DNA from: Ptychomitrium polyphyllum
Taxonomy: Eukaryota
Reading direction: 5' to 3'
DNA length: 64,000 nucleotides
Assembly: GCA_973851085.1 (NCBI GenBank)
Contig: OZ316776.1
Coordinates: 12,462,001 to 12,526,000, forward strand
In this document: piece by piece, positions 23,904 to 36,229 of the stretch
Layout: each line of letters begins with the position of its first letter
Numbering within the stretch: position 1 is the first letter of the stretch
Translations under genes and position numbers: made by a program
The notes under the pieces: generated by a model
Told to the model about the DNA's origin: nothing
Seen by the model: only the letters and a program-made list of their open reading frames with translations
Database searches by the model: none

Positions 23904-26900
23904 ATGACTATGGCTCCTGCGGCATGTCAATCACTTCATGAGCTGGAAGGTCATTGTGAATATTGTGGAGAAGTCTGTGACAGTACGCAGGATGAGCTTA
24001 ATACTATTGCCTGCACATTCGAAGGATGCCCGTCACCAACAATTTATCACCAGCACTGCATTGAAACGTATCTTAAGACCATACGTCTTGACAAGTATGT
24101 TGATCTCAAGCTGGTGTAACTTAAATTTTGAAGGCCGTAGACACATTTTTCTTGCAACAGTTTTTGCTACTCACGCTACTTCTTTATAAATCTGGAGCTG
24201 AGCATGAGCCTTGCTCATTTTATGTTAAGTCTGACATTTTAATGTGTACTTAAGCTTGCTTTTAGAAAGTCAAGGCTCCCCTCGAGTGACCTTGAATGCT
24301 ACTTTCAGTACGGATTTGGTCCATTTATGTCCTCTTAGATTCTTCATTAGGGACTGAAGCAAGCATTAAACATCGATTCAAAGTCGAATATCTCGTCACT
24401 TGGATGCAGCGATCCCAGTAAAGCAATGTGCACCCTGTTCTGGGTCTAGACATCTGGCTGCTGAAAGTATCTATTCTTTCTAACAGTGCCATATACTTGT
24501 GGGTTCATATAAACCACTTCTCACTTATTTCTTTTCTTTGGGGGTGGCCTCACTGATGCGAGGTGCAGTAATTGGTGGAATCATGCAAGTTTATGTACAC
24601 CTGCTATCTTGCGCTCAGGTGTAGAATCATTCAATGCCATGGACTGCTATCCAGTTTGAGATACTCTTTCTGCAGTTTCTTGAACGTATGTTGTTTGTGT
24701 TCTGAAGGCAGCGCAAAACAGGATTTCAATGTCCACGAGGGTGCGGGAAAGGCTCCAAAAGTGACAAACCTTGTCCCGGTCGAGTAAGTACCTAACACTC
24801 CTTCATTGCACAGTGGTTGAGGGGATTCCGGGTCATTCTTCGTGCTTGAAGGAGTGAATTGTCTGTTTAGGCCATTTAGCTGCAACATGTAGGCAGCTTG
24901 ATAATTACTACTGTTCGCGGTTAAGTATGATGCATTACTAAGTAGATTTTTATTGCATCTCACAGGTGACTAAATCACATCCAATTCATGCTCGCAATGA
25001 TAGTAGGTATGTACGTTTCTCATTGAAGACGTTTTGCAATGTGTAATGGGGAGATCTCCCTCTCTCTAGTGTGTTCTTTGTTACCTTACAAGAGCAAGTA
25101 CTGTTTCTCGAAGCGCTGAACAGAGAATGTTTTCGTAAGTAGAGGATTTAGCTATTGAGATATCTTATTGACACCAAAAATAAGTAATAATTCGGCGGAC
25201 CCGTCTGAATTCCGTTCACCTGGTTCACGCAGATTGTCATTAAATTAGTTTTGTGTAAAGTTAGGAGTGCGTATTAACAAGTTAGTTACCTGTGTTTTTG
25301 TTTTGTTGATAGTCATTTTCGTTTTGAGAGCTTTAAGGTCAAAATTCGATTAGTATACTTCCAATTGGAAGTGTCTACATATTTCCCTGTTAATATGGCC
25401 ATCTTTGAAGGATATAAAAAACTCGTATAGTTGTGCTGTTGTAGTCAATTGTATGAAGCATTCTTGACATGTAACAGTAGCTTTGATGGACTAGTTTTAG
25501 TAGAATTCCAAGCCAGAAATTTCATGTTAGAACTTGTAACCTTATGTAGTTTGTTCTGGATGTTTATCAGCAAGAAGCGGAGAAAAGCGAAAATGCCTGA
25601 AATAATTCTTCCAACGATTGCACCTACGATACCTGCCAAAAAGGAGAAAGAGGATAAACCCCAACAGTTGAGCACATCAAAGTCTTCTAAAGTAGAGAAC
25701 AAGGATACTGTACCTAAGCCTCTAGTGTTAAATCGAGCATCAACCTTTCCATCATTACCTGGAAATAAAGGAATTTCTAATCAAAGTGTAAGTGCAAGTG
25801 GCAGCTCTAGTAGCACTTCTAGTGCAGCGGTTAAAGCGTTATCAAGAGAATCAGCTGTAGCAGCTATAGCGGCAGCTAGATCTGAGATAGCTGCTAGTAA
25901 AAGAGGCTCTAGTGTAAAGAACAATACTGAGGCCTACATGAATGGACGATCAGAATATAGTGCCACATCTTTTGACAGTCGTTCAGCTCAAAATTCAGAG
26001 AGTGATGATGATTGTTCGCGGCAATTGATAATTTCAAAAGAACTCAGGAAAGTTCTTCCAGTTGGTCGAGGCGTGGAGGCAGCGCCTGTTATTAATGCAT
26101 GGACGCGTGGGCGGTGTAACGAGCTTTTGAACGGGTTTAAGGTATTTTTCAGGCCAGTCAGTTTCTTAGCAACATTGAAACATCCCTTGAAAGTGATTCT
26201 TTAGTCAACTTTCCAGCAGCCAGCATGGTTATTAGAAACGTAGTACATGTATTTCCTCTTTAGACTGCACTAATTGAACTAATTATTTTGTTCTAAAATT
26301 GTTAGTTTCACTGCATGCATACGACCAGGAGTGTGTTTATGACATAGTTTAGTGTTCTTTGCTTTGGCTCCTCAAGCCTCCTCTGATTTTTTTTTAATTG
26401 AGTTGATATTCAGTGTCCTGTGCAGCAAACAGATTTAAAGACACCTACTCCTCCTTTAGCATCATTTAATCCTTCCCAAGATACAAATATACCAACATCT
26501 TCCACCTCGATTGCACGGCCTCTAGTTGTTAGACAACCTACAAGCGCTGAGCGGGTGGGAGCTCCAGTAGGAGAGGAAGATGATTTGGAAGCTCGTCGAC
26601 TTAAGTATGTTGTATTTTTCTTCCTTATTCTGTAGTTATTTCTCCATTGCATACCATGATTATCGAGATTGTGCTGGCTCTCTCTATGCATTGTGTATTT
26701 CACTTCTCAAAAGGATCACTCCTGACACCTAGGATTGGAAGGTTGTACACCCTATTTGATTAACTGTTCTCGCTTATAAGTTGTGTTACACATAATACGT
26801 CTAGGTTCTTTGAAAGAAGGCTCGGGGTTTAGTTCGAGTTTAACTTTGGTGTAATTTGTTGTCAGGGCACGCACGAAAAATGAGAAGAAGCACTTGCAAC

Positions 26901-29402
26901 GGGCAGCAAAGGCACGAGAGAAACGTGAGGCAGAGGAGGCTGCTGCGGCACTGGCAGCTACCTCAGCTGCTACTATTACGATGCAGAATGAACGACAATC
27001 TAACCAACCTGATTTGGTAAAGCCATGGAATGAAAGTGTCACAGGTGTTATTTGTCATCGCAAATTCTTGGCTCTTGCCAAACAATTACAAGAGTGAGTT
27101 GCCTCCTCGGGTCATCACCAGCTGTTATGTTACTAGAAATTTAGCATATACCTGGATGCTTATCTTTGTTCGTCCGAGTTTGCTTACCAGGATACACAGT
27201 TGTAGCGGACTACAGATTATTATGCAAAAGTATGCTTTTCGTTTCACAGTTGATTTCATTGATGAAATCAAAATCTGTATAAAGGTGTTCTATTTACTTT
27301 TGACTGTAACGTTATAAATCATAGCTTGTCGTTCTGATTGTAGTTTATAAAAGTCGATAGAGTTGGTGAGAGAGTACCTTGCAGTCTCCTATTCTATTGG
27401 GCATATGCTGGGCTGGAAAATTGGGACTGTTAATTACATGGTCAACAATTTCTTGGTTTTCTCATGAATATGTTTGTATAGAGAAGCATTTTACTATGCA
27501 GTTTTTCTTACTGATTTTCTGGAGCATATTATTGAGAAGAACCTCGCTTGTCCTTGCTGGGATATTTGCAGGTATGGATTTACTGATTGGCAGTCAAATT
27601 TGGCCGTACGAATATGTGGTAGTGATGTGGAGCAATGCTTGGATTGGCTTCTTCGAAATGAATCATCTATGCAATCAGACATGCCCGTGCATTCTGAAGA
27701 GAAAATGGTAAGACGCATCGTACCTATACTTGCTTGTCTGTGTGGTTGGGGGTACAGTTTTGGATACTGAAAACTATCTTTTTAACAACTTAACTGCTGT
27801 TTACGCTGAAGTATGTGTTGCATGCATACTGCTTCATGGAGGATCTTCTGAACGGGGGGTGGATATGGGTTAACAGGACATAACTTCGGAGATGGATGTT
27901 TTGAAAGAGGTCATGCGTTCTGAGGGTTTTTCACAGGTTTGTGAATTTGTTATAATTCAAGTGGAGAAATTTGTCAGTCTTGATTTAATAAACTTTGTGA
28001 GAAAGTTGTTATTAGCTGACTGTCTTGGTGAGATTTGCTGTTAACGAGTATCTTGGTTGCATTATGGTAGAATCTGAATCATGTACCATCTTTCACTTAA
28101 TATAAAAGTTATGCTGGTACAGGAGCAAGTGGAGGTGGCGGTTATAAGCACCGATGGTGATATAGATGCAGCTCTGAAAGTTTTGAGATCTCCGAGTTCG
28201 TATTGGAACTCTTTGCGAGAATCAAGCCAGGTACCGATCTGATGTTTAATTGCTTGCTGTGTCAATAAATGATGCTGTCTTTGCTAAACCTCCGGAGGAA
28301 TTGTGCAACATGTCAACTTCGTTCTCGTTTCATCTGGTGTTGATGTCTGGAAGGCTCTGTAATGCAAAGCTTTGTTTGTCGTTTTTAGCTGATTTTCACT
28401 GTTAGTGGGTGTGCCGAACCGGTAGCCACCATACAAACTTAGAGGTGGTGCTACAATAAATTGAGGGTTTGTTGCGAGGCGAGGTAAAGAACAAAAGTAA
28501 AGCTTGAAGAGTGCTTGCCTCTTTTGCAGGGCACTTTCCACAATGTGGTGTCGCCACACCACTCGTTCGGTCAAGCCTCTTCTCAGAGTTCAAGTGATCT
28601 TGCTACTGGTGTGTGGGATGGAATGCTGAGCGGTACTGCTGACGGCCAGGACTTTTCACCATTATCTTGTTCTGCGAATGGTTCTGATTCTCAGAAAAGT
28701 CCATTTGGTCCATTTGCTAGTGGGTTCATTTCTGACCTGGCACGATACAATTCTTTAGTGGGCATAGAGGATTCGCAACATGCCTCAGGGAATACTAGAG
28801 CAAGTGGTGGATCGTACTCTCTGGAAAATCAGGATCAGCCACAGTTGGTGCAAACGACTTCTATTTCTCGAAGGAACTCTGAATATTATGAGACTCCGTC
28901 TGAGGGGCTACAAAGCCAGGTGCAGAACAGCTATGAATTGACAGCTTCGACCGTCACTAGCGTTGCAGCTGCAGTCTTAAATGACGCTTTTGGTTTTGAT
29001 GAGCAGTTGATTTCACGCATGACAGATATTATAGCTGTCAATGAGGCTCCATTTAACTCAACTATTCATGCAGTCCCGTCACTCAATGGAATCTGGAGTT
29101 ACCCTTCCTCTACATTTACAAGTTTTACTACAAACAAAGAGGTAACAGACTCCAATCCTTATATGTCACTTAATAGGACATTTGGTGGACAATCGTTTTT
29201 CAACTCTCCATTTGGAACATATGGGGAGGGGGCCAATCCAGCGTACTCCGATTCAACGAAAAGAGCTCCTGCGACGAATGGCTACAGTCACGCAATTCCA
29301 TTTGATGCATCACTATGGGATCAGCAGCCTGTACAACTAGTTGATGAGGCAGAGGAGCAAGACGTCCTGATGTCAGAGCTTCTGTCACACTTACTTATGT
29401 GA
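23904..29402 (+). CDS. Protein with N-terminal C4HC3 PHD/RING-like finger and two UBA-like domains; exons 23904-24094, 24708-24783, 24966-25006, 25571-26141, 26414-26604, 26866-27093, 27572-27707, 27877-27936, 28123-28230, 28530-29402
   Basis: All junctions are GT-AG and phase-consistent. The finger reads CEYC..C..C..HQHC..FQCPRGC. Central RTKNEKKHLQR, LAKQLQEYGFTDWQSNLAVRICGSDVEQCLDWLL and DITSEM..GFSQEQVEVAVISTDGDIDAALKVL resemble, from recall, the plant UBA/EF1B-type family (At2g26920/At5g12120). A 5'UTR intron is likely (gag|gtgagt 21372 to cccag 23808). Confidence 0.8.
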
Positions 29403-32400
29403 TGAGACTTCCTGGTAAAGAAAGAGGCTTCATTTAGTGTAATGCCACTTGACTCTGGTTTGGATGCAATCGCTTATTGTTTTCACAAATACCGTATGTA
29501 TCATAATGAGTTGCTAAACCCTCATTAGAGTGGCTCAATTTTTGGCTCAGGACCTGCTGCAGCTGTGCACACTTTTGTGTTCTTGTGGTAAGTCCTGATG
29601 GTCCAATATATTGTTCACTGGGGATGAGAGAATTAACAGATTTGCATTCCCTACACCAGTTACAGCGGATTGAAAACTGATGGGATACAAGAAGAATTTA
29701 CTGCATAAAGATGTGGGGATTTGTGACTATTAAATACTGTTTACTATTGAATATGTTGAATTTAATGTAAATGATGAGTCATAAACTCTTATAGTTTCAT
29801 CGGGCGGTTTCAAACCATTCCAATAATACAGTTGGAAGAATTCAAAAAATATTGAGCCCCTCTCTTATGTCCGTTTAATTATCAAGTATTATACAATCCC
29901 TTTTGTGAGGAAATATATTCCACCCATCTATTACGCATATTGAATGTTTCTTTGTTTCGTCAATGAATGAGTGTGGGTTGGCTGAGTTCAAAGGATCTTG
30001 AGGAAAATCAGGCTGTGACTATCATAGTGAGTGGGCTTCTTAAGAAAATATAGAGTACAAAAAAAGGATTTTTTTTTTCTAAAATCTAATTTAAGAAAAT
30101 ATGTTAAAATACTTGATAGAGATGGACTAACCCTGCAATGTGGTTGTTGCTACTACTGCTATGTAGCTAGCAGTTATACACTTGGACAACAATGGCCATA
30201 TACCTACTTCATTTTTTTAGAAGTTTATTTCTACTGCCCTTGAGTTACTGGGTGTGGAAAGCTGGAGTGGTGAGCATTGATATCATTCAGCTATATCATG
30301 AAAGCTAAGCACATGCCTACATAGTCAATGTGCACACACTCATTTGACACTGCCATTCAAGCTGACCTTGATGACAGTTAATCTGCAGCCCCACTCACTC
30401 ACTTCCTTCATTCCAAGCTATGAGCTCCTCTTTAAATGCATGGTGAAGGAAGCAGCGTAAAGGTGGCAGATCATTGTCACATCCAACAACATAATGAACC
30501 ATCTGTCAATCAATGCTATATGGTGTGAGTTGTATATCCAAAGTTGTACCTATAATATCTATGAAATGTTTTTTTTGCTCACATAGCAATAAAGGACATA
30601 ATTTTTCCACTGAAAACTGTACTCAGTAACTTTATATTCAATCAAGATCTCATCTCAACAGGAAATGAACTTTGCAACAAACACCAAGTTAACTGCACAT
30701 GAGAGTTGCAAATCACATTTACCAGGACATTGAGTGAGACATTTCTCTGAAGTCCCAAAAACCAATTGCAGCAAAAAGAAAAAATTGATTGTGAACGTAG
30801 TAACATTCTTTTAGGAACTCTGTAAGTCACTTGAAGTAAACCTTCCTAATTTTGAACATCCGTAATCATTCTATCCAATGCTCAAACAACACACTGTGCT
30901 ACTTAAAGACCTAAGCCTATGAATATAGAAACAGATCTAATATTCATTGGTCTGTTTGGCTATCATGTTAACATATAATAAATTCTTAATGTTTTTTTAA
31001 AGGTTTTATATGGTGTGAATATGCTAGATTTTTTTAGAAATATTTATTTAAATATGGAATCATTATGACTTTTTGAACCAAAATAAGCAAAATAATTCAA
31101 GAAAACTACAAAATATACTCATCAAATTTGATGAACTTGTAAATGTGCACATAACAATGAAAAACCTAATTTTATTTATTGTGCTAAAAATTAAGTATAC
31201 TTATAAATTATGATTAAAATTTGTACTTGTGAAAAATAATATAGGAATTACAATGATACTTCCAAGTTGTAATTGCTTCAAACCACTTAGTTTTCTAAGA
31301 ATTTAAAAATTCCAAATTGAGGTGGATGTCAAGCTTTGTAAGCAACATTTTGGTAGTCAACGTCAAATACAACAAAGATCATTCCAATATCAAAAATTTA
31401 GTTTTAGCATTTAGGAAGTTTAAATTTTATTAACACACTATATAGTATTAAAGTATTTCACATTCATGAGCCATTAAAAAATCATAGCCACAAATTTTTA
31501 ACAATCTTTAAGTGCCACTAGATAGTACCATCACCAATGTACAACAAAAAAGATATTTGAAAGAAAATATCAAAATTAATGGAACATGTAGATGATTAAA
31601 GAATAAAACTGATAATATTTTGATTGCTTAGATGTTTAAGAATAAAAATGTGTTAAAACTTTTGTTCCTCTTATGAGTATGGTTTAATAAAAAAGTTTGA
31701 AAATGTATTTTATTATTAAGAACCATGTTCAATTACCTTAAAGCCATGAAATGTTAGGACAACTCACCTCAACTACTAAAGAATGTTATGGTCACGATGC
31801 ATCTATTGTAAACATACGAAAACAACTCATCATACTGAAGTTAATGTGCACAGTGAACAGAATCAAGCTGCAATATCCCAGGATGTGGGGAGTAAATTGG
31901 ACATGGTTGAGTGACATTTGTGTCTTCAATGCATATCAGTGTTTGGCCAGCAGTCCTCCTCACGTAGGTGAGCCTGCTCAAAGTCATAAGCTAATGCCAC
32001 AAGGTACAACGTGTGATCAAGCAATATCCTGACGACTCACTGCTTGCATGCTGTCTTTGTCTCTGTATTTGTATTGGCATTGAACTGTTTTCAAGGTGAC
32101 AGAGCCTTCCTGCAGTTCAAACTTGCACCAACATCACTCCACTAACATAAGATGAGCAGGCTCATTACCACCTTCTCATAACCACCAGTTATGAAAAAGA
32201 CTAGTTACCACTAAGCACATGTTTAGTACTTGTTAGAGGTGAAATGGGGAGCAAAAAGGGTTAGAGAGTGATGGTAACGGGGCTAAAATTGGACACAAAT
32301 GAACTCATGGCTTGGTGGTGGTGGAGAAGAAGGTGAATTTACACTAGATTTTTTTTAATCCATGTGGTGAATTTGGACTTCCTATATTATGGTTTCTAAA

Positions 32401-34029
32401 TGAATCACTAATAATGGTGCATGCATTAAGTGATAGTTATTAGTCATTATTTTGGTGGTTAAATCTACTTGTGTTTATGGGCGTTTGTAAAAGTACCAAT
32501 TAGAATTCATGATCTATTCATTTATTTATTTGAAAATCTCTATTAAACTTTAGTTTGTTTTAGGTTTTGGCATCTATAAAAATACATATTTTTGCTTATT
32601 CATCAACATTATAAAAGCCTTTTTATAAATAATAAAGCATGCATTATAGAAAGGTCACTATAAGGAAAAAAAATTTAAAAGAAGATGTAAATATTTGAGA
32701 ACTTCGGGGCTAAAGTCCAAGAATACAAGTTGTACATTGTTTAAAAGATGAGACCATTATAAATAGACTACTTTACACCAAATAAAGGTGTTTGAATGGA
32801 TTGAGGCCCAAGATTTAGAAATACACTTAATTGAAGAATCAAAGCCCATTAAAATGATAATATTATGTATACCTTCTTTCTGTTCCCTCCTCCCTCCTAT
32901 TTCCTCCCTCCCTTTTCCTTCTCAAAGATTGCACAAATATGTACAAATTCAAACCAAATCAAAATTTAATATTTTTTGTTTACATATTTTTTTTTAAATA
33001 ACCTACAATTGGATTTCAAAAATTTCAAGATTATAGTTTGTTTTTGGAATTTAAAATTAGCTCCTTGAAAGTGGCTATTATGATTAGTTTTCTTTACATC
33101 CAAAAGAATATTGTTTGCACTTGCCACTGATAGGTTTAAATAGATTGTGCATTTTTAGAATTTAAAAAAAAGGTCATAACTCAAATTTTACTTTTATCAA
33201 ACCCAACTATTATAGAGATTATTTATACAAACCTATCATGTGTTGTGCAAGAAAAATATTTTTTTCTTGAAACAAAGGATACATACTATTACTGTTGGCA
33301 AAAACAAGTAAGGATTTTTGAAAATTTAGGTCAAGTTGCATGGGTGACAGTGAACACCATTGTAATGCATCTAGCCGGCCTAAATGATGACAGCATACCT
33401 GAATTGAACAAGTCCTTGACTATTCTCCTAGTGGGGTCAAGTACGTTGGCTGTCAAGGTGTCAGGGCGGTGTAAGGCAGGGATATGAAGAATATCACATT
33501 AAAAAAATGAAGATCAAATCAGTGCAAGACCTGTGTTTACCTACATCAGAAAGCTAGCAAAAGTGATCAATTCACAAGAATTCTCTATGAAAGTGCATGT
33601 ACAGTCCCGACACTAAGCCTTTCTATGCATCTTTATTCTACTAGTAAGGAAAGACCAAGCATCACACCTTGTAAGGAAAGCTCTGACCGACCATTCAGTC
33701 CGACCCATTCCCGCGTGTGGGAAGATCACAAGTGTCAACAACGCTCACAGTGTCAACCCCCAACCTGGGGTCAAGAAGGCGAAGTACAAGCCACAAGTTT
33801 GGTGAACATTTCTCTGCCCCCAAGTTACATTATTACTATTAGGTCTATCCAAACAACTGCATACTGCCAGACTCCTGTAACATACAGAATCACCCAAATA
33901 GGGAATATTCTCACGATCTCTATCCTGGGCCCTTTGCAGACCCCGGATTGGCTCCACTGGGAACGAGATGTGGCACGCGCACCACATGGAACATCGTCCA
34001 GAAAGCGAGCCAGAACAAAAACGTCTTCC

Positions 34030-34393
34030 TATTCTGGTATCACGGGTTTCAGGGCCCCATGACGGCAGGGCTCTTCAGCTGCTGCCCGAGCATTTGCCCG
34101 GGGTCGTTTTGCTCGTCGTCGTCGGCCTTCGTCCGCGCTCCTCCACTTACCTCCACTGCTCCAGTCTCTCCAGCCTCCTTCAGGAGACTGTAAGTGAGAA
34201 CCGGAGCAAGGAGGAGCAGGAAGGAGTACAGCGAAAGGTGGGTGGAGGAAGGCGCACGGCGGGAGAGCGGATCAAGGACGTGACGACAAGTTTGACGACG
34301 AAGAGCAGAACGGAGGATGGCGAGGTCGCGACCCCGGGTAGCAGTCGAAGAGCCCTGCTGTGTTGGGGCCCTGAAACCCGTGTTATTAGCATA
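34030..34393 (+). ncRNA. Long imperfect RNA foldback; candidate MIRNA precursor
   Basis: A bulge-free 59-position stem pairs 34030-34088 with 34335-34393: 49 Watson-Crick pairs, 5 G:U and 5 mismatches by manual count. It includes a perfect 19-bp core (34041-34059/34364-34382). Further nested stems continue toward the loop. The locus is intergenic. Confidence 0.7.
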
Positions 34394-34885
34394 CAAAGCC
34401 AACGAAAACTCACGTGGGAGGCGTGAAAGAGAGTAAACCATTCTCTCCTGTAAATCAATGTGCGGCCGATGATAAATTGCAAATGCAATGAGAATTAATT
34501 CCTTTTCGGTTTCTGTACGAAAGTAACCTTATAGTCCCTGGAAGTCCGTCCGTCTGCACCTGTGAATTTACATTTTTTTACTTTAATAAATTTACAATCC
34601 TACAAAAACCTGCATTATATGCTATCACACCTTTGATGTGATAGCGGCCATCCTTGTTTGATAATAAACCTGAATATTCACTTGACAGCTGGACATCACT
34701 GATGACGTAAGGAAGTTTAGTGTCGTTAGGGGTCCGTTTAACTTGAGATTGCCTCCCACTTGTCCACGTTAGCGTGAAACCAGTTTCACTCGACGGTGAA
34801 GTGATGTGACATTTACCGGAATCCCGGAAGAGTGCTATGAACAAAATCATCAAATTCCGAGCGGACGCAGTCGCTGTCGTTGGTA

Positions 34886-34905
34886 GGGCGGGGTTGGGGT
34901 TGGGG
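34886..34905 (+). promoter_or_regulatory. G-quadruplex-forming motif GGGCGGGGTTGGGGTTGGGG
   Basis: Four G-runs of 3-4 with 1-2 nt loops, upstream of the DUF593 gene. Confidence 0.55.
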
Positions 34906-36229
34906 TCGTACTTCGAATGCCGAAAGCGTTACTTTGTTTAAAACCGACATCTTCAAAAAACATTGTACATCTGAGAACCCAAAATCTACGAAATACATAC
35001 GCAGGATCAATTTCAGATCCCGACCTACCGTAGATTGCGAAGCTAAATTTGACGTGCTTTGCGCCGGAAACTCCACGCATCGAAGCCCTGCAATCACGCA
35101 TCCATGTTATCGTTCATCCACGCGCAGTTGTCGTCGTTGTGGCTGTCGTTGGTAGGGATGGCGCGAACGAATTGTTCTTTCCTTTTGCGCTCGTTGCTCA
35201 AGGAAGCGTCTGTTTCTTGCTGCGATCTGTTCGAAGGAGTTCAGTGCACAAGCTGCGACAATCTGGTGTTGTCGCAGCTTTGGTTGGCGAGCGCATTGCA
35301 CAGCCTTCACTTCAGGCCTATGGGAGGTGATGAACTCGTAGCTTTTGTGACCGAATTGGAGAGTGTGTCGGTTGATTGTGGGCTGGGTGGTGCCGGTGCC
35401 GGTGCCGGAGGAAGGGATTGAGGTGGTGAACTTGGAGTGTTCGCCGTCCAGGGTTTGGTTTGTTGGCCACTGGTGCTGGTGATCTTTCTCGGAGCGCGTT
35501 TGGTATAAGCTTGAGACGTTCAGTGCGTTCCGCGTTGGTTTGGAGCTGTTTCGTTGGATGAAGAACGACGGTTTTGATCTTTCGTGGTTCTGTTGTATAG
35601 TTTGGTGAAGGTTTTTGTGCTAGTGAAGATTGCTTGCGTCAGTTGCGTTCTTCAGAAGGCATCAGGTCGGTGCGGAAGTTTTTAAACATTTGGCCGTGTG
35701 GTGAAGCGCTTTTGAGGTGATCGGGTGTTGGTAGCGTTCAATAGGAATTGGCGTTGCCTTTGTAGCTAGTGGGGGGAGGTGGTGGGAGCCTAGGTAGTTC
35801 GGATTGGAATCTAAAGGCGCGGATCTTGGGAGACAATTAGCGCGTTCAGTATGTGCTTGTAGATAAGGAGGTTTGGTTTTTTTGAAGTACGGAAGGTGCG
35901 GTTTGCAGTTGTGAGCGTTTGCTGCGAAGTCGCATTGGAGCTTCGTCTATATTTCTTTATTGATCTGCTGTTGTTGAGATCGCGCCGCGACCGTGGATTG
36001 CTAATTGCGTGTATCGTGTGCAATTCCTTCGAATCGAGTGTGGTTTGGCGTACCTTGACGATCTTTCTTCTTTGGATGCGGAGCGATTGGTGTCCTCAAG
36101 ATCGGAGACAGGCGAATGGGAAGATAAAAGGTCGTGGTACGGATGGATTGGCTTGAATGGATAATTATCGCGTATGAGACTTATAGTAGAGGCTCTATAT
36201 TATTGTGAGGGGGCCGTAGCGGCGTGGAA

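Noticed and set aside
30399..30417. cttccttcattccaa resembles a miR159/319 complementary site
   Set aside because: The match is partial (the GGAG/AGAG end is missing), there is no partner arm, and it lies ~1 kb beyond the nearest stop codon.
30900..33300. AT-rich intergenic tracts (also ~40200-41300 and ~53100-54400)
   Set aside because: Probably old repeat debris, but I found no termini, TSD or coding remnant to support a call.
33625..34488. Several 80-150 aa ORFs across the hairpin
   Set aside because: They show no domain features. The mirrored peptide TGFRAP on both strands is simply the inverted repeat.
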